Below are positions 9,432 to 17,123 of a stretch of DNA of 64,000 nt, in pieces. The stretch's first letter is position 1, and each line of letters opens with the position of its first letter. Both the position numbers and the translations under genes were made by a program. The notes beneath the pieces are model-generated. The model ran no database searches. It was not told the DNA's origin and saw only the letters and a list, made by a program, of their open reading frames with translations. This DNA is from an uncultured bacterium. GTDB lineage: Bacteria; Acidobacteriota; HRBIN11; JAKEFK01. The DNA is taken from positions 288,001-352,000 of the forward strand of contig CAVZQN010000004.1 of assembly GCA_963777505.1 (NCBI GenBank). The letters run 5' to 3'.

Positions 9432-10785
9432 TCGGAGGAAATCTAAGACTGAAATCGATCTTGAAGCGCGGGTTGTTGTGACCGGTTTGGGAGTGATTGC
9501 ATCGAACGGTATTGGTTTGCCTTCTTTCCGTGAAGCGCTTCAAGCGGGTAAATCGGGGATCCGGTGGCAAGAGTCTCACAAGCGCCACAATCTGGCGAGT
9601 CAAATTGCCGGCATTCCGGATCTAACTGAAGATGAAATTATGGAAACTTTACCCGCAAATTTTTTACACAAATTAACAGAGGCAATGGTTTATGCGGCTT
9701 TATGTGCAATCGAATGTGCTCGTCATTCCGGAGAAACGATTAATCTTTTTACAGATGATGAAACACCTGTAGATTGGAAAACAGGAGCAATTATTGGATG
9801 CGGCCTTGGGGGCGGGATGGAAATCGTGCTGGATGAGTTTGGTCCGGTATTGAAAGAAGCGGTGCACGCAGAACCGTGCCGCGGCGCTCTTCCATTAGGA
9901 AGTGATGCTGTAGCTAAAGTGATGGCAAGTGGTGTCAGCGCTATTGTTGGAAAAATTTTAGGTCTTGGCGCACAGGTAATGTCGAACAGTTCTGCCTGTA
10001 CAACGGGAACAGAAGCAATCTTTGAAGGTTACAAAAATATTCTTTTAGGTTATGCCGATTCAATGTACGTTGGTGGAACTGAAGGAACACATCTTGGAAT
10101 TTATGCAGGATTTGATGCGATGAGAGATGTGCTTTGCTCCGATTATAACGATCTTCCTGAAAAAGCTTCGCAGCCAATGGGAGCAGGTGCTTGTGGTTTT
10201 GTCCCGGCAGGCGGTTGTGGAATTTTGCGGATTGAGGCTCTTGATCATGCTTTGCAACGTCGCGCTCCGATCTTATGTGAACTGATGTCTGCATACTGTA
10301 ACTCGGGAGGTCAGAGAGATGGGGGCTCTATGACATTTCCAAATCCAGAAGGTGTTCAGCGTTGTATCCGTTTCGTTCTGGAGGATGCAGGCGTTCAGCC
10401 GGAAGAAGTTTCGTTGATCAATGGACATCTGACATCTACATCGGCTGATCCGCTCGAAGTTCACAACTGGCTCAAAGCCTTAAAATTAGATCCATCCAAT
10501 TTTCCATTGATCCAATCTACAAAATCGATGATTGGTCATGGACTGGGAAGTGCGGGAGCGATTGAATCTGTAGCGGTTGTGGATCAAATTGCACATGGTT
10601 ATGTGCATCCTTCAATCAATTGTGAAGACTTACATCCAAAAATCGAAATGATTTCTAAGAGTATTCCGCATCAATTTCAAAAACGTGAACTAGATTACGC
10701 TATCAAATCATCCTTTGGATTTGGGGATGTTAATGGTTGCCTTCTCTTTAAAAGATGGGATGGAAATGAGAACGCAATTCGGTAA
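9391..10785 (+). CDS. fabF: beta-ketoacyl-ACP synthase (FabF/FabB); true start uncertain, possibly 9445
   Basis: RVVVTGLG; SSAC (catalytic Cys); INGHLTST; KSMIGHGLG; SFGFG. Confidence 0.9.
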   Translation: MVSFLECGFQKFYNRRKSKTEIDLEARVVVTGLGVIASNGIGLPSFREALQAGKSGIRWQESHKRHNLASQIAGIPDLTEDEIMETLPANFLHKLTEAMVYAALCAIECARHSGETINLFTDDETPVDWKTGAIIGCGLGGGMEIVLDEFGPVLKEAVHAEPCRGALPLGSDAVAKVMASGVSAIVGKILGLGAQVMSNSSACTTGTEAIFEGYKNILLGYADSMYVGGTEGTHLGIYAGFDAMRDVLCSDYNDLPEKASQPMGAGACGFVPAGGCGILRIEALDHALQRRAPILCELMSAYCNSGGQRDGGSMTFPNPEGVQRCIRFVLEDAGVQPEEVSLINGHLTSTSADPLEVHNWLKALKLDPSNFPLIQSTKSMIGHGLGSAGAIESVAVVDQIAHGYVHPSINCEDLHPKIEMISKSIPHQFQKRELDYAIKSSFGFGDVNGCLLFKRWDGNENAIR

Positions 10786-10796
10786 AGGAGATCAAT

Positions 10797-11693
10797 ATGG
10801 GATTCGCTAGAAAAGAAGCCACGATCGAAGCAATACCTCTTGATGAATTAACGCCTTCACAGTTAGAGAAAAAAATTATCGAAGGCGTAAAAAGATATGC
10901 GACTAGAAATGAGAATTGGGCGAAGGCGACTAAAAACACTCCGTTTCTTGGCCAGATCACGGGAATGGGTATTGAATCTGCAAACTTAGTCGACATTACG
11001 ATGTCGATTGAACGGCAATTCTTAACAAGAAAAACGAAAAAAGTTCCAATCAACGCGGAAGGCACTGAATTTCGTTTAGAAGATGGCGACCTTGGTAAGC
11101 TCATGATTCTTGAAGGACAGGATACTTTTGCAGCAACTCCTGGCCTTGCAGTGAAGATGCTCATGGAGCTTGGTCACACACAAACAGATCCTTCCTATCT
11201 TGAAGACGTCATGTCTTTTGCTTATATCGTGATTGTAGGCGAAGGATATCGGCTTAATGATTCACTTCAAAAGCTTTCAATGAGAATCAACAAAGCCCCG
11301 GATGAAAATACGAAAACAGAATGGCTTCAATCTCTTTGCGAACAAATTAAGATCGCAAAAGAATACGTAAATACAATCGGCGATCCTGCGAGATTGGCTC
11401 AAACGCGGATGCGAGCCTATGAGGAAGAGCTGGATCGTTATCAGGGTCTTAATAAAGAAATTCAGGGCATCGGAGATCGAACAGTTTCCATGGATGATGC
11501 TGAACGCGAAGCATTGAAGAGCAAGCTTGCAGCATTAAAGCTTCGTTCAAATAAAAATCGGATGATTCTGAGAGTCGTGGAATCCGTTGCAAAGGATTGC
11601 GGAAAGCGTTCGCCACTTGAAGAGAATGAAGTTCAAAAAATTAAAACAAAACTTGAATCTACGTTATTGGAAATGGAAAGTTGGATGGTCTAA
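10797..11693 (+). CDS. Acyl carrier protein-like domain fused to a helical/coiled-coil C-terminal region
   Basis: MGIESANLVDITMSIERQF (Ser61) fits the ACP helix II pattern; lies between the KS and the PPTase; 298 aa. Confidence 0.65.
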   Translation: MGFARKEATIEAIPLDELTPSQLEKKIIEGVKRYATRNENWAKATKNTPFLGQITGMGIESANLVDITMSIERQFLTRKTKKVPINAEGTEFRLEDGDLGKLMILEGQDTFAATPGLAVKMLMELGHTQTDPSYLEDVMSFAYIVIVGEGYRLNDSLQKLSMRINKAPDENTKTEWLQSLCEQIKIAKEYVNTIGDPARLAQTRMRAYEEELDRYQGLNKEIQGIGDRTVSMDDAEREALKSKLAALKLRSNKNRMILRVVESVAKDCGKRSPLEENEVQKIKTKLESTLLEMESWMV

Positions 11694-11695
11694 GA

Positions 11696-12289
11696 ATGCA
11701 GGCTATTGGAAACGACATCATCGACCTTCATCATCCTTCGATCCTTGAGCATTCAAGCCAGGACGAAGTATGGATGCAGAGGCATTTGACAGGCGATGAG
11801 TGGCGATGGCTTTCGAACTTTTCCGATAGCACGCAGCGATGCTCTGAGTTTTGGCAGATCTTTGCATTGAAAGAAGCTTCATCCAAGGCAATCACTCAAT
11901 TGGGTTACACAGTGCCGTTTGGAACGTTCACGCATTTTGAAGTGGATATTGAGCGTAATACTGTTCTCCATTGTTCAGGCGAAGTTTTGGATATTCAAAG
12001 TATTCAAACAAATCCGGAATGGATACACGTAGTAGTGAGTAATGTGGTGCTGACATCTCGTCCGCAAATCTTGAGTGAAGTTCACGAACTAGGGGATAGC
12101 GAAGACGCGTCCAGTTATTTAAAGGACAAGCTCATACGCAGTCTGAAAAATAATGGTTATTCTTCCGCAACATTTGCTCAACACGATGGTATTCCTCTCA
12201 TTGTTCAGGATGGACATCCCATAGCGCCTGTTTCTTTTTCTCATTCAGGAAAATTTGCCGCATTCAGCTGGCTCGCAGGACAATCATGA
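11696..12289 (+). CDS. 4'-phosphopantetheinyl transferase
   Basis: IGNDIIDL; FALKEASSKA; VSFSHSG. Confidence 0.85.
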   Translation: MQAIGNDIIDLHHPSILEHSSQDEVWMQRHLTGDEWRWLSNFSDSTQRCSEFWQIFALKEASSKAITQLGYTVPFGTFTHFEVDIERNTVLHCSGEVLDIQSIQTNPEWIHVVVSNVVLTSRPQILSEVHELGDSEDASSYLKDKLIRSLKNNGYSSATFAQHDGIPLIVQDGHPIAPVSFSHSGKFAAFSWLAGQS

Positions 12290-13233
12290 AAACATATTGC
12301 CTTTTATTTTCAGGCCAGGCGGCACAGAAGCATGGAATGTGCTCCGAACTCTGGACAATGCCGTCAGCAAGAGAAGCGCTGGATACTCTGCGTCCAATTC
12401 TGGGAGATGATCTTGAGCAGATCACGACTCAGATGTCGGATGACGATTTGAAGAAAACATTCAACGCGCAGCGTGCGATTCACACTCATCATTTAGGGCA
12501 GTGGTTAGCTTTTCAACATTATCATCCTGAAATTCGAGTTGGTGCAGTCGTCGGACATTCCATGGGAGTTGTTGCTGCGCTTGTAGTATCAGGCGCGATT
12601 TCAGTAGAAGATTCTGGCCGTTTCATTTTGGAACGTTCAAAAGCTTTTTCTGAAGTTTGCGCGCAGCTGCATGATGAATATGGCTTGATGGCGGCGCAAA
12701 CAGAAGATCTGCAGGATCTAATCGATGAACTTCCCCGCATTCCAAATCTAGAACTGGCTTTGTATAACAGCCCGGGTAAAGGTGTTGTTGGAGGGAAAGT
12801 AAAAGATCTCATCGCTCTTATGGAGCTTGCAAAGAGCGAAACGTGGCCGGTGTACTTTCGCATGTTAAAAGTGGAAGGTCCATATCACACCCAGGCGCTT
12901 CAGGCATGTGAAGATAGATTAGGAAAAATGTTGCGGACAATATCTATAGAGCCTCCGAATATTCCAATCTATATGGGAACATCAGGAAAATTGGAACAGG
13001 ATCCTGAAAAAATTCGATACTTGCTTGCCAAACAGGCGACTTCAACAGAAATGCATTTTCAGGCTGTTTCTCAAGCGCTTCAATCTGGATTTCATGATTA
13101 TCTGGAAATAGCACATTATCCGCAGGCGATTCAATGGATCTCAGAAATCGCACTTGTACACGGATATACCGAAGTGACAATGACAAAAGTTCTAACTTCA
13201 GATATCCCGTTACCGCTCGAAAATATTGCATAA
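12286..13233 (+). CDS. fabD: Malonyl-CoA:ACP transacylase
   Basis: LFSGQ; GHSMG nucleophile motif; YNSP; VEGPYH. Confidence 0.85.
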   Translation: MKTYCLLFSGQAAQKHGMCSELWTMPSAREALDTLRPILGDDLEQITTQMSDDDLKKTFNAQRAIHTHHLGQWLAFQHYHPEIRVGAVVGHSMGVVAALVVSGAISVEDSGRFILERSKAFSEVCAQLHDEYGLMAAQTEDLQDLIDELPRIPNLELALYNSPGKGVVGGKVKDLIALMELAKSETWPVYFRMLKVEGPYHTQALQACEDRLGKMLRTISIEPPNIPIYMGTSGKLEQDPEKIRYLLAKQATSTEMHFQAVSQALQSGFHDYLEIAHYPQAIQWISEIALVHGYTEVTMTKVLTSDIPLPLENIA

Positions 13234-13236
13234 GAT

Positions 13237-14325
13237 ATGTCACAAAAATCTGTAGTTTTGTTAACTGGATGCTCTGGTTTTGTCGGCCAATTGATGGCGT
13301 CGGTTTTACTGGCGCGTCACAACGGTCTTCAACTTGTACTGCCATACCGCAATCATCATATTGAAAAGAATTTATCGGACCGGATTTTGGAATGTGCAAA
13401 AGACCTGAATCCACGCTGTAATTTGAGCCCGGACCGGTTGATTCTAAAGCCTGTATCCAGCCTGCTGGATTTAATGTCGATGGATGACGAGTTGAGAAAA
13501 ATTGGTGTAGAGGAAATCATTCATTCGGCAGGTTCTGTTAGTTATGACGATGAAGACACTCTTCTGGCAGTCAATGTTGATCTCACAAAACATTTACTAA
13601 GCCTCGCGAAAAGAGTGAATGTGCAGCGATTCATTTATATCTCAACAGCATTTTCTTGCGGGTTCGGTCGCAAGCTTATTTATGAGGACTTGCATCCGGA
13701 ACCCGTTTTTGATCCGACTCTTTACACGAAAACCAAGCGGCAAACGGAAAATTTGATCACGCAAAGCGGAATACCTTACGTGATCATAAGACCAAGTATT
13801 GTAATCGGAGACAGCCAATCGGGTATTTATTATGGAAAACCTTATGGCATTTATCAGCTCATGCATTTTGCAAAAAAAGTTGGAAGGAGAATCGGTGAAG
13901 ACAGACTGCATGTGATTGCTCCAAGCATAAAGCTTCAGGTGATCCATCAAGATCATTTTCAAGATGCAATGGAAAAGGTGTTCTGTCATGCGGAGCCCGG
14001 AACGATTGTTCATCTGGCTTCAGAATATTCTTCGCTAATAACTTCGCGTGAACTAATTGATTACTGGATCCAGCAATATTTGAAGCCAACCGCGATCCAT
14101 TATTACGACTCACTAGCCGATTTTCCGATGGAAGATTCAACGATCGATCGCAAGCAAAAGCTTTTTGTTGAAATGACAGGCGTAAACAACGAAATCGCGG
14201 GTTACGATCTTGAATTCGATCTTACGCGGCTGAAAAAAATGTACGAATCGCCAGAGAGTTTTCCGAAAGTAACATATCAATCACTGCAAAAATGTATCGA
14301 TTGGTATATGGAAAAAATAGCATGA
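13237..14325 (+). CDS. Extended SDR of the thioester/fatty-acyl reductase type (male-sterility, NAD_binding_4-like)
   Basis: LLTGCSGFVG, HSAG, YISTAF, YTKTK, IRPSIVIGDS. Confidence 0.8.
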   Translation: MSQKSVVLLTGCSGFVGQLMASVLLARHNGLQLVLPYRNHHIEKNLSDRILECAKDLNPRCNLSPDRLILKPVSSLLDLMSMDDELRKIGVEEIIHSAGSVSYDDEDTLLAVNVDLTKHLLSLAKRVNVQRFIYISTAFSCGFGRKLIYEDLHPEPVFDPTLYTKTKRQTENLITQSGIPYVIIRPSIVIGDSQSGIYYGKPYGIYQLMHFAKKVGRRIGEDRLHVIAPSIKLQVIHQDHFQDAMEKVFCHAEPGTIVHLASEYSSLITSRELIDYWIQQYLKPTAIHYYDSLADFPMEDSTIDRKQKLFVEMTGVNNEIAGYDLEFDLTRLKKMYESPESFPKVTYQSLQKCIDWYMEKIA

Positions 14326-14342
14326 AGCTATAGGAGGCAACC

Positions 14343-15065
14343 ATGCAGACAATGAGGACTTTGCCAGTTGATGAAGCCATGTCCCAGCTTATGGGGTTGG
14401 CAATTTTTGGTGAGAAAGTCGCTGCTCGAACTTACACGCTAATGGCTAAGATCAAACCTGAATTCGATCAGCTTCTTCGCAAATTCTCACATATGGAAGG
14501 TCAGCATGGCACCTGGTTTATGGATGGAAGCCGAAGCAACAAGATCGAACCTGATAAAGCCTTTGCAGACCGTGAGCTTGGATACTTGATCGATCAAGTT
14601 GATGAATATTACAAGCAGCAGGATTTTAATGCGCTGGCAATTTTGCAGGGTTTTATTGTGGAAAGTCTCGCGATTTCTACATATGAACCATTTTTGGAAG
14701 TTGCACACAAATATCCTGGATCTGAAAAAGCATTCAGACAGGCCCTCGCTGATGAGCGGTATCATGTAGATTGGATCACGCGATATTTAAGGCTCGAGTT
14801 TTTTGAAAGCGAAAACAATTTCCTTCAATTGACGGAGCGTGTGAATGCTCAGGGAGTGGATTGTATCGGCGGAAGCATGATGAACATTGTCGATTGTCTG
14901 AACAGTGTTGGACTCTCAGGCGCCGATTGTTCGGGGACGATGGTCGCCGAATACACAGGATTATTGGAAAGCGTCGGAATCGACAGTGAATCCGCTACAA
15001 AAAATGTGATGGGCATCTTCATGCCCCTGATTCGTAAATACAAAGCCGGCGAAAGGACTAAATAG
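14343..15065 (+). CDS. Ferritin-like diiron protein homologous to aldehyde-deformylating oxygenase (fatty aldehyde decarbonylase)
   Basis: E24, E52xxH55, E107, E138xxH141 plus Y31, Q102, Y114, D137; spacing matches recalled cyanobacterial ADO (E32, E60, H63, E115, E144, H147). Confidence 0.75.
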   Translation: MQTMRTLPVDEAMSQLMGLAIFGEKVAARTYTLMAKIKPEFDQLLRKFSHMEGQHGTWFMDGSRSNKIEPDKAFADRELGYLIDQVDEYYKQQDFNALAILQGFIVESLAISTYEPFLEVAHKYPGSEKAFRQALADERYHVDWITRYLRLEFFESENNFLQLTERVNAQGVDCIGGSMMNIVDCLNSVGLSGADCSGTMVAEYTGLLESVGIDSESATKNVMGIFMPLIRKYKAGERTK

Positions 15066-15089
15066 AATCTCTAAGTCTTTGCGGTAAGA

Positions 15090-15701
15090 ATGGAACCAAT
15101 AGAACAAACTTTTTGGTCTGTGATGAAACAGCTCGAAGTTCTGGCTGTTTCTCAGTACAAAAAATTCATCCCTGAATTAAGCGCAACGAGAAAAGAAATT
15201 TTTTTGCAGAATGTACCTTCGCAAAAAAGTTCCGCAGACGATCAGCTATCGAGTGCGGTTGAAAGGTTAGTGGAAGTTGCCACAAAAAACTCCCGGCTTG
15301 ATACGCTGCTTTTACAAGGCTTCACGCTTGAACTGATGGGACAAGCAATTTACAGGGCGATTCAAAATGTTTCGTCTGTTAACGAAAATTCTCACCTGCT
15401 TGCAGAACAAGCGTACACAGCATCGCAAGATGTACTCCAGCAAGTTCTTTCTATTCTTAGAAAAGAAAATCTTGTTGGCGATTCAGGCTTTAAGGCTTTT
15501 GTTTCAGCAACGCAAGATGTCTTCGGCGCTTTAGATTCAATGGGAACGTTGATTGACGAAACTTTCGCAGGCCAGAGCCAGTTTCGATTTGATGATATTT
15601 TAGCTGACGCTGTCGCTGAACTTCTAAAGTACGGCGCCGATCTAGGAATGGACCGCAAAAAACTTCTTCGCCAGTTGACCAGCTCCCTAATGACCGGCTG
15701 A
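15090..15701 (+). CDS. Degenerate ferritin-like paralogue of the preceding gene, lacking both ExxH motifs
   Basis: LEVLAVSQY aligns with GEKVAARTY; LLQGFTLELMGQAIY aligns with ILQGFIVESLAISTY. Confidence 0.6.
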   Translation: MEPIEQTFWSVMKQLEVLAVSQYKKFIPELSATRKEIFLQNVPSQKSSADDQLSSAVERLVEVATKNSRLDTLLLQGFTLELMGQAIYRAIQNVSSVNENSHLLAEQAYTASQDVLQQVLSILRKENLVGDSGFKAFVSATQDVFGALDSMGTLIDETFAGQSQFRFDDILADAVAELLKYGADLGMDRKKLLRQLTSSLMTG

Positions 15702-15710
15702 AATGTGGAG

Positions 15711-15777
15711 CCGGAAAAAGGCGAGCCTATGCAGCTCGCCTTCCCGAATTTCAGTTAATACGAAGATAGCCAACGGT
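15711..15777. repeat. 67-bp exact direct repeat, copy 1 (terminator plus a gene-end fragment)
   Basis: Identical to 18806-18872. Confidence 0.95.
15715..15742 (-). terminator. Intrinsic terminator, possibly bidirectional, between the convergent operon and hom
   Basis: AAGGCGAGC stem pairing with GCTCGCCTT, followed by a T-run on the minus strand. Confidence 0.75.
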
Positions 15778-15819
15778 AAAAACGCGAACAGCGACTAAAT
15801 CAAAATAAACTGTCGCATT

Positions 15820-16845
15820 CTATCCCGTCACGATATGGACAATATCGCGAAGTACAGCGGCGGCGGTGGGAAATGGATCTGATTCATCGATGCAAAAGAA
15901 CATTTCGCCGTTTATATCAGTGTTATAAATGACACCCATCATACTGCCTGTAATCGTTGCTAGCCGGTGAGATCGTGAAAGTAATCTTGGTTGGACACTC
16001 AATTGGTAATCGTTGTCACTTTTTTCTGCATGTGCAATTAGCCTGATTACTTGATTCTCTGATGCTGCTTTTTCTATCTGTGCTTTTGTTACACCAGAGA
16101 TTCCTTCGATGGCAACATCCTTGAGTGTTGTGGGATGATGCAAAACTGCGTTCGCGATGATGACCAGTTTGCATGCTGCATCCCAGCCATCCACATCTAA
16201 TGATGGATCCGTTTCAGCCATTCCGATTTCCTGAGCTTGCTTTAAAGCGTCATTATAGGATTGTCCTTGCGCCATTTCTGTAAGGATGTAATTCGTGGTT
16301 CCATTGAGAACCCCTTCCACTCTGTTAATGGCAGCAATGCAAAGGTCGCGCATTCCAATGTTTAATGTTGGCATTCCTCCTGTAACAGTTGCACTGTACA
16401 GGAGTTTCACGTTTTTCGATTTCGCAAGATCAGCTAGTTCTGAAAACGCCAGTGCAAGTGGTCCTTTGTTCGCGCTGACCACATGCATCTGTTTTTCCAT
16501 AGCAGTCCGAATTGCAGTAAGCCCTGGTTCTCCATCTTTCAGGTTTGTAGGAGTCAGCTCAACCAGAAGATTCGCTTTGACACTTTGCATAAATTCAGCA
16601 GCTTTCATTCCTGCTACACCAGACCGCAATGTGGAGACGCCCTTCTTTTGCTCTTTGGCATTAATTGCCTGAACGATATCAATTCCGTGCGGATCCAACG
16701 CTGCTCCGGAAGAATCACAAATGCCTGATATAACCAGTTCAATGTCAAAACGTTTGGAAAGGATTTCACGTTTGCGCTGAATTAATTCCAGCAAACGTCT
16801 TCCAACATTTCCCATTCCGGTGATTGCAAGAAGAGTTTTTCGCAT
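15820..16845 (-). CDS. hom: Homoserine dehydrogenase (no ACT domain)
   Basis: GMGNVG, VVSANKGPLA, GVLNGTTNYIL, AETDPSLDVDGWDAACK. Confidence 0.92.
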   Translation of the reverse strand: MRKTLLAITGMGNVGRRLLELIQRKREILSKRFDIELVISGICDSSGAALDPHGIDIVQAINAKEQKKGVSTLRSGVAGMKAAEFMQSVKANLLVELTPTNLKDGEPGLTAIRTAMEKQMHVVSANKGPLALAFSELADLAKSKNVKLLYSATVTGGMPTLNIGMRDLCIAAINRVEGVLNGTTNYILTEMAQGQSYNDALKQAQEIGMAETDPSLDVDGWDAACKLVIIANAVLHHPTTLKDVAIEGISGVTKAQIEKAASENQVIRLIAHAEKSDNDYQLSVQPRLLSRSHRLATITGSMMGVIYNTDINGEMFFCIDESDPFPTAAAVLRDIVHIVTG

Positions 16846-17123
16846 GCTGAATGTGTGAAATATTATTATAAGGATTACGAGATCAAACAGCTAAAAAGTA
16901 CTATTCTCCGCGAAGGTAAAAATTTAAATCGTCTAGGGCAGCGAAATCAACTACGCATAATTGTTTATACTAATCTTGACAACGATAACCTGTTCTTTTA
17001 GTCGCTGTGTATTTTTTGCCTTTGAATGATGCTCTTTATTGTTATTAAGGAGGTCGCTTGAAGCTTGTTAGCGAAATCTTTGACACCGGCACCAAAATCC
17101 CTTATATATTCATCTCCTAAAAC

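Noticed and set aside
14343-15065. Cyanobacterial contamination or a standard ado-aar locus
   Set aside because: No AAR homologue; the sequence is divergent from ADO outside the key residues; the gene is embedded in an operon with acidobacterial-type flanks.
7238-15701. Housekeeping fab operon, or an aryl polyene, ladderane, dialkylresorcinol or type III PKS cluster
   Set aside because: No plsX, fabH or canonical small ACP; no KS-CLF pair, radical SAM enzymes, DarA/B or chalcone-synthase-like gene. The terminal reductase plus ferritin-like pair fits none of these.
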